Shown here piece after piece: positions 9,795 to 20,229 of a stretch of DNA of 64,000 nucleotides. How positions within the stretch are numbered: the stretch's first letter is position 1; each line of letters opens with the position of its first letter. Under the pieces are notes generated by a model. That model saw only the letters and a program-made list of their open reading frames with translations. It was not told the DNA's origin and did no database searches. Origin of the DNA: Opitutales bacterium. Lineage in GTDB: Bacteria > Verrucomicrobiota > Verrucomicrobiia > Opitutales > JABSRG01. The translations under genes and the position numbers were made by a program. The stretch lies in NCBI GenBank assembly GCA_049599475.1, contig JBMYOQ010000011.1:25694-89693 (forward strand), given 5' to 3'.

Positions 9795-10001
9795 CTAACC
9801 TAACAGACCTGTGCCGTTTTCACGACAAGCAGACCGATGTTTCCGGTTCGACATAGCCTCCCCGAAAGTCTTAAAATTCGTATCTCGATCGACCTTCTCG
9901 AAGAGTTTCAAGCGTTGAGTAGGCTTGAACGATTCCCTGTTCATTCTGCGAATCTGGGCGCAGTACAGGGAAGGTGTTTTAGTGAGAAATGCGGTGTGCA
10001 T
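9795..10001 (-). CDS. Small basic hypothetical protein (68 aa)
   Basis: ORF in otherwise empty intergenic space; A/C-rich pre-ATG context like other genes here; strong terminator 20 nt after the stop. Confidence 0.5.
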   Translation of the reverse strand: MHTAFLTKTPSLYCAQIRRMNRESFKPTQRLKLFEKVDRDTNFKTFGEAMSNRKHRSACRENGTGLLG

Positions 10002-10275
10002 GATGGTCGGTATGTGAGAGTGAGATGTGTCGCGACTGCGGGTTGGTAAGTGATGCAGTGCGCGTTCACAGGGAATACGAAGAAAGCCGAGCCGTTTTCA
10101 GAAATTTTCTATTTTTCTGAAAAAACTTTCGTTTTCTCTCTGAAACCCTCGGTTTTTTCGGCGTATGATCGTGGCCAATTTGGGGTGACCGTATCTATTC
10201 AGGCGCGCTCCGGCAGAACGATGCGATTGGCCAATCAGCTAGAAATCGTCAAACCGAGCGCCACGGGGCGAGGGC

Positions 10276-12792
10276 TTATTCGCCATCTCTGAGAATGCTC
10301 AGAGGAGGGTGCTGCGCGATACCCCGGCTATTCAACATACCGGTAATGAGGGTCAGGAAGGCGACCCCAAGAGCCGCTAAAACCGAATCGCTAATCGGTA
10401 GGACCACTTCGATCTCTAATAAGAACCGAGCTAGGGCCCAGGCGGCGAGCATGGCGATTATTATTCCGAGCGACGCCGCAATGGCGCCGATCATGAGATA
10501 CTCAATTGCCATAATCCCCCTGACTTGTTTGCCACTGGCTCCCAAGGTGCGGAGCAATACACTTTCGCGCACGCGTTGATATCGGCTTGTGGTGATGGCG
10601 CTGGCGAGGACTACGATCCCTGTGCCAATTGTGAAAAGGGCCATGAAGCGGACTGCAAAGCTAATTTTCGAAAGAACGTTTTCCAGTGCGCTTAGGACTA
10701 CCTGCAGATCAACGGCAGATACATTTGGGAAATCTAGGAAAATATCGCGTTGAAGAGCGGCCGTGGTCTCCACGTCCGGTGAGCGGGTGACTGCGATCCA
10801 CCAGTGTGGTGCAGCTTCGAGGACCCCAGTCGGGAAGGTGACAAAGAAATTGGGGCGCATTTGTAACCAGTCCACGGTTCGCAGGCTCGAAACGACCACT
10901 TCAATTGGAATGCCTTGGACATCGTATTCTAGTTTGTCGCCCAAGGTAACACCAAGATCTTTAGCCATGTCCTCTTCGAGTGAGACGGGCACGGGCTGTT
11001 TGAAGGGTTCCCACTCGGATACATATTCTCCTGCGATCAGTACTTCGGACTCGCGAGGGGCTGATCGGTAGGTGTTACGCCATTCGCGATTGAGGATCCA
11101 ACCATCAATCTTGTTTTCTGGATCCTTGCGAATCTCCGAGACGGATCGGCCTTTTACTGACTTTAGGCGCATCGTCACAATCGGAGCTTCTTCTTCGATG
11201 ACGAGACCGGCATCTTGAATTGTTTGATACACAGCCTCTCTCTGATCTGGTTGAATATCGAAGAGTAGGAGGTTGGGGTCGTCGCCCGTGGCGGCTCGCT
11301 CAGATTGTTGAAGTAGTCCGGTTTGTACAAGAGTCAGCGTGTAGACGAGAAAGGTCCCCATACCAATGCTCACCAGGAGGAATGTTGTGCGATTTTGAGG
11401 CCTATACAGATTGGATAGGGCTTGCCGCAGGAGGTATAGATTGAGCAGGGGGAGTTTTTTGAGGATGAATTGGAGGATCTTCGCCGCTGCCCAGAAAATG
11501 AAAAAGGCCACCCCGATGAATGCTGCGAAAATGAGGCCGTGCCACCATACCTGGTTTTTCGCCATACAATATGCGGTCAAGGTCGCTCCGGTGAGTAGGG
11601 CCAGCGGAATGGTGAATTTATCTCGAGGTGTATTCCCCTCATCGATACGAGCTCTGAGTGCCCGCAGCGGACTGATGTTTCTGATGGGTAAGAGCGGAAA
11701 CAGCGCAAATAAAACAGCTATGAGAAAACCGAAACTGGCTCCGCTCAATATACTGGGCCAGCTGATGAAAAACTCGAGATCTACCGGTAAAAGAGGCGCC
11801 AGGATACGTGGGAGGAGAGTCTGTATACCTACGCCTAAGATGGCTCCAGCAATGGCCCCGAGTCCTGCGACTCCTGAGATCTGTAAAAGGAAAATGGAAA
11901 ATGCGGTCTTGGATGAACTTCCCAAACAGCGGAGAATTGCGACGGTATCCCGCTTTTGCAAAAGGTATGCCTGGATAGACCCCGCGATGCCCACTCCGCC
12001 GAGCAGGAGCGAGATAAATCCGACGAGCCCGAGGTAGCGAGTGAGGTTTTCCAGGGGTTCTCCTACGTCCTCCTTGCGCTCTTCCACATCGTCGAGATTC
12101 AGGCGATCTTCGGCAAAGTTGGCTTTTGTGAAATCTCTGAGAGCCCGGGTGTCGAGGGTGTTATTTTTGATGTATACTCGATGGAATGCGATGCTTCCTG
12201 TCTCGATTAATCCTGTAGAATCGAGCTGTGTCTTGGGAATATAGATACGCGGTGCGAAGAGGCCTGCGAATCCAGACTCTCCCGGTATTTCAACGATTTC
12301 ACCAATTATCTTAAATTCGATTTCTCCGAGGCTCAGCGTGTCTCCGACTTTGAGCTCATACTGGGCCATCAGCACTGAATCAATGGTAGCTACGGGCTCG
12401 TCGTATTCTGCTGGATTGGCGCCTTCTGGATTTGTTTTGAATGTACCGTAGAACGGAAAACCTCCTTCGAGTGCGCGGACCTGAACTAATCGTGTCGACT
12501 CGTCCTTGTGGAAGTAAGCCATCGAGGAAAAGCGTGTCTCCCGGGCACGTTCGCCGCCCAAGGATTGTATCCAAAATTCTACATCATCAGAAAAGGGAGT
12601 GCGTGAAGAAACCTGAAGGTCGGCGCCGAGCAGAGTCATCGCTTCATCTTCGATCGCATCGCGGACGTTGTGCGTGAATGAATCGATTGCGACCATGGCA
12701 GCTACGCCAAACACGATGGCCAGAGCGCATAATGAGAGATGCTTGAGGCGGCTCTTGGCGTCGAGCCACGCAGTTGTGAGCAGAAATCTCAT
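10276..12792 (-). CDS. ybbP: ABC transporter permease, FtsX/MacB-like (YbbP family)
   Basis: LLGADL, LRCLGS, DIQPDQ, RPNFF and LRTLGAS motifs; two FtsX-type halves; synteny with ybbA/tesA. Confidence 0.88.
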   Translation of the reverse strand: MRFLLTTAWLDAKSRLKHLSLCALAIVFGVAAMVAIDSFTHNVRDAIEDEAMTLLGADLQVSSRTPFSDDVEFWIQSLGGERARETRFSSMAYFHKDESTRLVQVRALEGGFPFYGTFKTNPEGANPAEYDEPVATIDSVLMAQYELKVGDTLSLGEIEFKIIGEIVEIPGESGFAGLFAPRIYIPKTQLDSTGLIETGSIAFHRVYIKNNTLDTRALRDFTKANFAEDRLNLDDVEERKEDVGEPLENLTRYLGLVGFISLLLGGVGIAGSIQAYLLQKRDTVAILRCLGSSSKTAFSIFLLQISGVAGLGAIAGAILGVGIQTLLPRILAPLLPVDLEFFISWPSILSGASFGFLIAVLFALFPLLPIRNISPLRALRARIDEGNTPRDKFTIPLALLTGATLTAYCMAKNQVWWHGLIFAAFIGVAFFIFWAAAKILQFILKKLPLLNLYLLRQALSNLYRPQNRTTFLLVSIGMGTFLVYTLTLVQTGLLQQSERAATGDDPNLLLFDIQPDQREAVYQTIQDAGLVIEEEAPIVTMRLKSVKGRSVSEIRKDPENKIDGWILNREWRNTYRSAPRESEVLIAGEYVSEWEPFKQPVPVSLEEDMAKDLGVTLGDKLEYDVQGIPIEVVVSSLRTVDWLQMRPNFFVTFPTGVLEAAPHWWIAVTRSPDVETTAALQRDIFLDFPNVSAVDLQVVLSALENVLSKISFAVRFMALFTIGTGIVVLASAITTSRYQRVRESVLLRTLGASGKQVRGIMAIEYLMIGAIAASLGIIIAMLAAWALARFLLEIEVVLPISDSVLAALGVAFLTLITGMLNSRGIAQHPPLSILRDGE

Positions 12793-13490
12793 TGAGCGCT
12801 ATCGCCGATCAGTTTGCCATCTCGAAGGCGAATTTGCGCATCGCACTTCTCTGCAAGTCCGAGATCGTGGGTCACCAGGACCAATGTGGTATTCTTGTCG
12901 CGATTCATATCGAACAGCAGGTCGGTGACATGACCCCCATTCGACCCATCTAGATTTCCGGTAGGTTCGTCTGCGAAGAGAATTTTGGGCTCATTTACAA
13001 AAGCTCGCGCCAGGGCGACACGCTGCTGCTCTCCACCAGAAAGCTGGAGGGGGTAATGATCCAGGCGATGGCCGAGTCCCACAGATTTGAGCAGCTCCTT
13101 CGCACGTTCCCGAGAGCCGGGCGCTTTGCGTAGATCGAGAGGCACGGCCACGTTTTCTACAGCGGTAAGGGTGGGGATGAGTTGGAAATTCTGAAAAACG
13201 AAACCAATGTGCTCGCCCCGGAAAGCCGCTCGTTCGTCTTCACTCAGCGGATTAAGTGAAGTGCCAAGAAGCTCGATATCTCCGCCGCTTGCGGTATCGA
13301 GTCCGGCGCACAGGCCGAGGAGTGTTGTTTTACCACTACCGGATGGGCCGACGATGGCCAGGCTTTGTCCGGCGTTTACTTCGAAACTTACGGCGTGAAG
13401 CACGGTCAGAGCATCTTCTCCGGATTGATAGGTCTTAGTCAGTCCAGTTGCTCGGATTATGGGCGAATTATGCGCGGTGGTTGACATCAT
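12789..13490 (-). CDS. ybbA: ABC transporter ATP-binding protein (YbbA/LolD family)
   Basis: [30 protein letters not shown]; 4-bp overlap with the permease. Confidence 0.92.
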   Translation of the reverse strand: MMSTTAHNSPIIRATGLTKTYQSGEDALTVLHAVSFEVNAGQSLAIVGPSGSGKTTLLGLCAGLDTASGGDIELLGTSLNPLSEDERAAFRGEHIGFVFQNFQLIPTLTAVENVAVPLDLRKAPGSRERAKELLKSVGLGHRLDHYPLQLSGGEQQRVALARAFVNEPKILFADEPTGNLDGSNGGHVTDLLFDMNRDKNTTLVLVTHDLGLAEKCDAQIRLRDGKLIGDSAQ

Positions 13491-13516
13491 TTAAAATTTC
13501 AAAGCAATACGACTCT

Positions 13517-14152
13517 ATGCATCGATTCCTTAGCTTATTGCAAATAACAGTGCTCTTTTGCTGGGCCACTCCTTCGAATGCTGAGCTCGGTGCGGGGGAA
13601 ACTGGCAGCATTTTGTTTTTTGGAGACAGCTTGACCGCAGCCTATGGCCTTGACGAAACGCAGGGATATCCGGCTTTGATTGGAGATAAAATTAAACAAG
13701 AGGGCCTTCCTTGGGAGACTTTTGTAGGGGCTGTCAGTGGCGATACCAGTGCGGGTGGATTAAGGCGTATCGATTGGATGCTACAGAGAAAGGTCGATAT
13801 TTTCGTATTGGCGCTAGGAGCAAATGATGGCTTGCGGGGGACTGAGCTGTCATCCACGCGAGACAATTTGCAACAGACGATTGATCGGGTCCTAAAGAAA
13901 TACCCCTCTGCTGAGGTGATCATCGCTGGGATGCAAATGCCGCCCAATTTGGGTGCCAAATATACGGAAGAGTTCGCGGCGCTGTTTCCAGAGTTAGCCG
14001 AAAAGAATAAGGCTCATTTGATTCCCTTCCTCCTGGAAGGTGTGGCGGCGAATAATGAGTTGAATCAAGAAGACATCATTCATCCGACGGCTGAGGGGCA
14101 AAAAGTCATCGCGGAGAACGTCTGGAAGGTTCTCCGCCCCCTTCTGGATTGA
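13517..14152 (+). CDS. tesA: Arylesterase / acyl-CoA thioesterase I (SGNH hydrolase)
   Basis: Signal peptide, GDSLT, SGDTS, GANDG, DIIHP; divergent from ybbA as in the conserved ybbP-ybbA-tesA locus. Confidence 0.88.
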   Translation: MHRFLSLLQITVLFCWATPSNAELGAGETGSILFFGDSLTAAYGLDETQGYPALIGDKIKQEGLPWETFVGAVSGDTSAGGLRRIDWMLQRKVDIFVLALGANDGLRGTELSSTRDNLQQTIDRVLKKYPSAEVIIAGMQMPPNLGAKYTEEFAALFPELAEKNKAHLIPFLLEGVAANNELNQEDIIHPTAEGQKVIAENVWKVLRPLLD

Positions 14153-14197
14153 CCCCTAGGGCTGCTGTTGCATTGCCATCCAAGGGATGGGATTACC

Positions 14198-16066
14198 TTA
14201 GGCGGTCTGCTTGTCTAGGATGCTCTCAATCTCATCCATGATAGAATCCATGCGACGAATCAGAGCACGGTAGGGAGCCTCTTTCGTCATATCTAAACCC
14301 GATTCCATAAGGATTTCGTGAGGGTAATCTGAACCGCCCGCTTTGAGCACGTTTAAGAATTTCTCCAGGGCCGGTTCTCCATATTTCTTAATTTCCTCAG
14401 TATAGTAAGCTGCCGCTGAGATAGAGGTAGAGTACTGAAACACGTAAAAATCATAGTAGAAGTGAGGGATGTATGCCCACTCCACGCAGTATGCGTCGTC
14501 GATGGTCAGGACTCCTTGGTCGTGCCCGTGGTAGCGCTTGAGCAGATCACCGTAAATCTCAGTCAAGCGGTCTCCGGTGAGGGGTGCGCCCTTTTCGACT
14601 TCCTCGTGGATGGCCAATTCGAATTCCGCAAACATCGTCTGGCGGAAGAAGGTTCCTCTGAGCTGCTCCAGGGCAGTGCCTAGGTAGAAGAGGCGCTCTT
14701 GGTCATCCTTAGCATTTTCTAGGGAATAGTCCTGGAGCATGAGCTCGTTCACAATTGCCGCAATCTCGGCGATAAAAGTAGAGTATCCAGACTTCTCAAA
14801 GGGCTGATTGTCCTTGGTCAAAATAGTGTGGAGTGCATGGCCCACTTCGTGAGCATAGGTGCTCATCGAGTTGTAATCATCGTTGTGGTTCAAGAGCATG
14901 TACGGGTCTGTATCGTATGCGGCGCCAGACATGTATGCTCCCGAACGTTTGCCCTTTTGTGGATACACGTGGGTGTGATCTGTTTGGGCATACGCTTTTA
15001 ACTTTTTCCCATATTCTTCGCCCAGGTAGGTGAGGCTCGCGATGGTCGTATCGATCGAGCGATCGATGGTATAGACCTTATCGCTTTCAACTAAATCTGG
15101 ATAGATATCATAGTATTTCACCTCTTCAACGCCTAGCATGCGCCCGCGTAGTTTGAAGTAGCGGTGGAGTGTCGGTAGGCTCTCGTTGGTAACTTTGACT
15201 AGGGATCGATAAACGTCTTCAGGCAAATTGTCGTCGGACAGTGCCCAGTCCAAGACGTTGTCATATTTGCGCATTTGGGATTGAAATACGTTGGCTTGGA
15301 CCTCGGAAAGAAGGACTTGACCCATCGTGTTTTTATACTCTCCAAGCTTTCCCCAGAAAGCGTCGAAAACGGCTTTGCGGTCCCCGCGATCCTCGGCTGC
15401 ACGGTGTTTAGAGTATCCGGATTGGTTCAGGTAGACCTCCTCACCATCGGAAAGAGTGATCGTCGGCCAGGGTAGATCTGCATTTGCGAAAACGCTATAG
15501 ATTTGGGACGGCTGTCTCAGGAGTTTGCTGGTTGCTGCCATCACCTGCTCGGCATCCGGTGAGAGGGTGTGCGGAGCTTGTCGCAGAGTATTGCGCAGGC
15601 TGTGATCGAATGGGCTGAGGCCGGGGGCTTCCGCTATGAAGGCTTCAATCTTTTCGGCGCCCACACTGATGATCTCAGGGTCGATCCATGAGCTGGCTTG
15701 CTGCAGGTTTGAATATGTGGCGAGGACTCGCTGTTTGCGCGCCTGAGGTTCCGACTCAGCTATATTCTCGTCTGCGTTTAGCGAGGCGTAGACATAGACG
15801 TGAATCAGTTTACGGAAAAGCTTGGACTGCGTTTTGAGGGCTTCTTCCAGCTTCGCGGCGCTCTCACCAAGTTGGCCTTTGAATTTGGTTATCTCCGGAA
15901 TGCCCGCCTGAACTTCATTTAATGCCGTCTCCCAGGCTTCGACGGTAGGGAAGAGATCGGTCAAATCCCAGACTGTGGATGTGTTCGTGCTGAGTGTTTC
16001 AGACTCCTTGGCGAAGATAAACAAGGGGGCTAAAACGGACAGGATAAGGAAGCGTGTGAGATGCAT
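14198..16066 (-). CDS. pepF: Oligoendopeptidase F (M3B), with signal peptide
   Basis: WDLTDLF, GKRSGAY, HEVGH zinc motif, RQTMFAEFE and HFYYDFYVFQY. Confidence 0.92.
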   Translation of the reverse strand: MHLTRFLILSVLAPLFIFAKESETLSTNTSTVWDLTDLFPTVEAWETALNEVQAGIPEITKFKGQLGESAAKLEEALKTQSKLFRKLIHVYVYASLNADENIAESEPQARKQRVLATYSNLQQASSWIDPEIISVGAEKIEAFIAEAPGLSPFDHSLRNTLRQAPHTLSPDAEQVMAATSKLLRQPSQIYSVFANADLPWPTITLSDGEEVYLNQSGYSKHRAAEDRGDRKAVFDAFWGKLGEYKNTMGQVLLSEVQANVFQSQMRKYDNVLDWALSDDNLPEDVYRSLVKVTNESLPTLHRYFKLRGRMLGVEEVKYYDIYPDLVESDKVYTIDRSIDTTIASLTYLGEEYGKKLKAYAQTDHTHVYPQKGKRSGAYMSGAAYDTDPYMLLNHNDDYNSMSTYAHEVGHALHTILTKDNQPFEKSGYSTFIAEIAAIVNELMLQDYSLENAKDDQERLFYLGTALEQLRGTFFRQTMFAEFELAIHEEVEKGAPLTGDRLTEIYGDLLKRYHGHDQGVLTIDDAYCVEWAYIPHFYYDFYVFQYSTSISAAAYYTEEIKKYGEPALEKFLNVLKAGGSDYPHEILMESGLDMTKEAPYRALIRRMDSIMDEIESILDKQTA

Positions 16067-16140
16067 GTAGGTTGTATAACTTGGTTAAATTTTGGAAACG
16101 TCAAATTCTGGATACTGTAGGGGTAGAGCTAATTACGCTC

Positions 16141-17337
16141 CTATTGGAAACCATATTCCAGAATTTGTTCGGAATGTTGAATACTTACGTGATTCGACCC
16201 GTCAGTCCGCCCACTGGCTACAGTCTTGCCGATGATCTGGGCGTCGACTCCAAAGCTTTGAGCGGTCTCTATAATGCCTTTGGCTGCGCTTTCAGGACAA
16301 TAGATCTCCAGGCGATGCCCCATGTTATAAACCTGATACATCTCTTGATCAGAGGTCCCACTCGCCTTTTGAATCGCGCTGAAGAGCGGTGGCGTGGGGA
16401 ACAAATTGTCCTTTAGGTAATGGACACCGTTGCCGAACCGCAGACACTTGGTCTGACCACCGCCAGAGCAGTGTACCATGCCCTTGATTGCCTCGCGGTT
16501 ATCCTGGAGTAGCTTTGACACGATGGGCGCGTAGGTGCGCGTAGGGCTCAAGAGGGCTTGACCGACGCTCAGTTCGCTGCCGGGAAGCGGGTCTTCCATG
16601 CGGTAAGGTCCACAGTAAAGGAGTGCCGGGTCTGTATTGGAATCCCAGGTCTCAGGATAGGTTTCCCGATAGTGACTGCAAAGCATGTCGTGGCGTGCGC
16701 TTGTAAGGCCATTTGAGCCAATTCCGCTGTTTTCCGCAGATTCGTAGTTAGCTTTTCCGAATGAGGCCAAGCCCACGATCGCAAGACCTGGCTCGATCTG
16801 ATGATTATCGATGATGTCGCTTCGATCCATCACGCACACCGCGCAAGAGTCTACAGTCACCGTGCCGGTGAGGTCGCCGACATCGGCAGTCTCTCCGCCA
16901 CCGCTGGTAATGCCGACGCCTAGGTTGCGCATTTCGCTTAGGAATGACTCGTTGCCCTTGATCAGAGCGCCCAGGGCTTCGCCTGGAAAGTTGCGCGCAT
17001 TTCGATTTACGGTGCTCGAGATCAAAATGTTTTTGATGGCGCCTGTGCAGATGAGATCGTCCAGATTCATCACGATGCTGTCCTGTGCTATGCCTGCGAA
17101 TACGGATGGGTCCCCAGTTTCGCGATAGTGGAGGTAGCCCAGAATCGACTTCGTGCCGGAGCCGTCGGCATGGATGATATTGGCTTTGGTCGGATCTCCA
17201 GTCAGGACATCTGCCGTAATTTTGCAGAAGGCACCGGGGACGATTCCGCGGTCCATCTTGTCCACGACAGCGTGAACTTCGTTTTTCGATGAAGATACGC
17301 CTCGTCCTGCGTATCGGCTTCCTTCCTGGATTTGCAT
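16141..17337 (-). CDS. purM: Phosphoribosylformylglycinamidine cyclo-ligase (AIR synthase), Bacteroidetes-like type
   Basis: [46 protein letters not shown] and NMGHR. Confidence 0.9.
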   Translation of the reverse strand: MQIQEGSRYAGRGVSSSKNEVHAVVDKMDRGIVPGAFCKITADVLTGDPTKANIIHADGSGTKSILGYLHYRETGDPSVFAGIAQDSIVMNLDDLICTGAIKNILISSTVNRNARNFPGEALGALIKGNESFLSEMRNLGVGITSGGGETADVGDLTGTVTVDSCAVCVMDRSDIIDNHQIEPGLAIVGLASFGKANYESAENSGIGSNGLTSARHDMLCSHYRETYPETWDSNTDPALLYCGPYRMEDPLPGSELSVGQALLSPTRTYAPIVSKLLQDNREAIKGMVHCSGGGQTKCLRFGNGVHYLKDNLFPTPPLFSAIQKASGTSDQEMYQVYNMGHRLEIYCPESAAKGIIETAQSFGVDAQIIGKTVASGRTDGSNHVSIQHSEQILEYGFQ

Positions 17338-17479
17338 GCGCTTAGTTTTATTTGAATCGGATTAAGACGACAGCTAAGAGGGCTTGTCTGGAATCCGCAA
17401 AGCCTTTTTCGACATGCTAATGGATTCTTAAGTTCGGGCTCCAGCATGCGACTTACAGCTTGATAAATACCCATCAACT

Positions 17480-19960
17480 GTGAGTGAGGAACCTAAAGAC
17501 GACGAAAACGAAGTCCCAATCGAGACTGCGGAGAGCGAAGATGATGTAACGCTCTCTGAGGATGCGATTGACTCTATTGTCGGGGAGGCAGCTGATTCTG
17601 GAGAAACTCGCGACCCTGAAGAGGTCACCGCAGACCAGGTGGATGCCCTCAAAGAAATGATGGGAACGGTCGGTCCTGCTGAGGAAGAATCAGAGTCTGA
17701 AACAGTGGATCCAGACGATATCGCTTCTATTCTGGAGCAGGCGGGTGACGAATCTTCTGATGAGTCTGAGGCTCCGACTGAGGAGGCTTCTACGCCGGCA
17801 CCGGAACCCGAAGAAGCCACAGCGGATCAAGTCGATGCACTGGCGGCTATGATGGGGAATTTCGGCAATGATAAATCGGAGGACTCACCCGAGGAAACAT
17901 CTGAAGAGGCGGCAGCATCACCAGCATCAGAAGAAGTCGAAGAAGAGTCCGAAGCGACTGCAGAGTCGGAGCCAGAAACTCAGCCGGAGGCGGCCGCAGC
18001 AGATCCCGAGGAAGCGACAGCAGACCAAGTGGACGCCTTAGCGGCCATGATGGGAAATTTTGGTGCTGATAAGCCTGCACCCGAAACCGCATCGGAGGAA
18101 AACTCTGAGTCTGCGGATGAGCCCGAACCGGAGGCCGCAGTTCAGGACGCGGAAGAGAATACCGCCGCCGAACCGGAGGCCCCTGAAACTCCCGAAGCTG
18201 ATCCAGAGCCGGAAGCGACTGCAGAGCCGGAAGCTGCAGCGGACGATTCACCCGTGGATGCGGATGATATTGCCTCGATACTCGCAGCGGAGAGTCCCGA
18301 AGTCGAAGAAGAGCCGGAGACCGAAGAAAAACCCGAGACCGAAGAAGCAAAGCCCGAGGCCAAGGTTGATCCCGGGAACGTCGCCAAAGAAGAAGGGATA
18401 CTCACGCCAGATATCCTCGAAAATCTTATTTTGACACCCCCGGATGATAAGCCCGAATCCGATGGAAAAGCGGCGCCGGCCGCCAAGGTTTCCGACGAGG
18501 AGGCCTCTAAGATTTTGGGTGACGAGGAGATTGAAGACGCCGGGGATGACGAACAAATCTCGGCTGATGAGCTCGCTTCTCTGATGGACGCAGAGGCACC
18601 CGCAAAGGAAAAAGAGTCATCTGAGGCGGAGCCCGAAAAAGAGCCCGAGGCGGTTCCAGACGATGCCGCAAACATCGTAACGCCGGAGGACGACCTCGAT
18701 GAGGAAGAAGAGCTCGCTGAGGAACCCTCTGAAGCGCCCAAGGAAGCCGAGGCACCCAAAGAACCGGAGCCCGAGGCCAAACCTAAGAAATCAAAGCTTC
18801 AATTGAAGTTCCCCGTATTTTCGAAGCTAGTCCGTCTGTTTAAGCCTTTGGGCTTTGTCGCTATGGTGTCCTCCATAGCAATGGTTTCAGCATTCATTGT
18901 CATTAAAATCGCCGCTCCTAAATCAGGCGCAGACGCCGACGAACATATGTTGCGCCGGATCCCGGTGGTGGGTTCGGACTACACGATACGCGTTCAAGAT
19001 ATCCAGCCCTCGATCGATCTCGCGATCGAACCGTATCTGGACAACTTTACGATCAACCAAGGATGGATCCATGCCGTAGCGCACTCAGGAGATGACATTT
19101 CTGTGTCGGTCTCCCTCACTGCGACTACGAAACAGATACTCTACGAAATCGTCGACGACAGTGTCCTGCTCAACCGCTTGGTCTTGACTCCCAATCGTTT
19201 CAATATGCTCCGCAGAGAGCTGATGGATGACGAAAAAAGTGAAGTGCCGGCGCGTCCAGCAGCGCCCGCAGATCAATACATCCGAGAGCGTTTCCCTGAA
19301 GGATTCTCGACGCGGGCAGTTCTAAATTTTTATGGCAAGCCTGATGGCCGTGAATGGGTATTCACAGAACCGGACTGGCAGGTTGCTGATTATTCCGGGA
19401 AACTGCCGACCGGATTCATCAAAGATTTCCTCGGAGGCGAGGCCATGCACATCGATGATCCCAAAGTGGGATTTTGGGTGCAGGAGTATAATGAGGCAGC
19501 CCAGACCCTGCTAGACGCCGCCCAGTCGGGGACCGAAATTGCCAATTTGAATGCCCTGCAGAAACGTGTCGATAATCGCCTAACGCTCTTTTCTCCGTTC
19601 GAAGTATTGTCTGGACGCATGTATACGCCCGACAATTTGGATCGGGGGGTCAGCTTCAACGCGATCATCACAGACGTCTACGAAGATGGATTTTTCGAAG
19701 GCTATTTCGAAATGAGGAATTTGGGTCTCGATCCGAAACGCTTCTCAGGGCGCGTTGCCCTCAGTCGGGGAGAGAATGGCTCTTTTGTGCAAACGGCGCA
19801 TATCCGCACATTCCGGGAATCGGGTCTGGAAAGTCGGGAAGATGGCTCGGTTCCGCGGATATTTGCTAAAGGATTCCAGGACAGCATTTCTCTGGTTTCC
19901 GAGCCGGGCTTCTTATCAGGTCGGCTCGACGATATGTATATCACCCTAGCTAAACCTTAG
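17480..19960 (+). CDS. Membrane-anchored protein with a long acidic low-complexity N-terminus carrying repeated helical motifs and an extracytoplasmic C-terminal domain
   Basis: 826-aa ORF (GTG start); E/D/A/P-rich first ~430 aa; three PEE(A/V)TADQVDAL..MMG repeats; one TM (LGFVAMVSSIAMVSAFIVIKIAA) after a basic patch. Confidence 0.85.
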   Translation: MSEEPKDDENEVPIETAESEDDVTLSEDAIDSIVGEAADSGETRDPEEVTADQVDALKEMMGTVGPAEEESESETVDPDDIASILEQAGDESSDESEAPTEEASTPAPEPEEATADQVDALAAMMGNFGNDKSEDSPEETSEEAAASPASEEVEEESEATAESEPETQPEAAAADPEEATADQVDALAAMMGNFGADKPAPETASEENSESADEPEPEAAVQDAEENTAAEPEAPETPEADPEPEATAEPEAAADDSPVDADDIASILAAESPEVEEEPETEEKPETEEAKPEAKVDPGNVAKEEGILTPDILENLILTPPDDKPESDGKAAPAAKVSDEEASKILGDEEIEDAGDDEQISADELASLMDAEAPAKEKESSEAEPEKEPEAVPDDAANIVTPEDDLDEEEELAEEPSEAPKEAEAPKEPEPEAKPKKSKLQLKFPVFSKLVRLFKPLGFVAMVSSIAMVSAFIVIKIAAPKSGADADEHMLRRIPVVGSDYTIRVQDIQPSIDLAIEPYLDNFTINQGWIHAVAHSGDDISVSVSLTATTKQILYEIVDDSVLLNRLVLTPNRFNMLRRELMDDEKSEVPARPAAPADQYIRERFPEGFSTRAVLNFYGKPDGREWVFTEPDWQVADYSGKLPTGFIKDFLGGEAMHIDDPKVGFWVQEYNEAAQTLLDAAQSGTEIANLNALQKRVDNRLTLFSPFEVLSGRMYTPDNLDRGVSFNAIITDVYEDGFFEGYFEMRNLGLDPKRFSGRVALSRGENGSFVQTAHIRTFRESGLESREDGSVPRIFAKGFQDSISLVSEPGFLSGRLDDMYITLAKP

Positions 19961-19971
19961 GCTCCGTACAT

Positions 19972-20001
19972 AAAAAAGACCTCAACCGAGTGGCGAGGCC
20001 T
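19972..20001 (-). terminator. Rho-independent terminator downstream of murJ and the small membrane ORF
   Basis: Minus strand reads AGGCCTCG-loop-TGAGGTCT-TTTTT. Confidence 0.65.
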
Positions 20002-20023
20002 TGAGCGGGTATACTGTTGGAAA

Positions 20024-20182
20024 CTACTTCCCAGCTTCAGCGCGTGCTTTCGCAATTTTTGCTTCGAGGCGCTTTTGGCTGGCTTCAAAATTGATGAGCA
20101 CCGCTGCTGCGACGACCGCGAGGGTGAGAGGGCCCATTAGAATGAAGAATCCGAGAAAATCGTTAAAGTGACCGTTGTTCAT
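20024..20182 (-). CDS. Small single-pass membrane protein (52 aa)
   Basis: MNNGHFNDFLGFFILMGPLTLAVVAAAVLINFEASQKRLEAKIAKARAEAGK; lies between the murJ stop and a terminator. Confidence 0.6.
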   Translation of the reverse strand: MNNGHFNDFLGFFILMGPLTLAVVAAAVLINFEASQKRLEAKIAKARAEAGK

Positions 20183-20229
20183 ATGTAGATAGCCAATGCT
20201 TGGTGTTAATAAAATCAAGACTTCTGTGT

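Noticed and set aside
17612..18064. Spaced direct repeats as a possible CRISPR array
   Set aside because: Repeats are in-frame coding, diverge at synonymous sites, are irregularly spaced, and no cas genes are present
17428..18780. Ser-rich minus-strand ORFs (130-212 aa)
   Set aside because: Reverse-complement by-product of the Glu/Asp-rich coding strand
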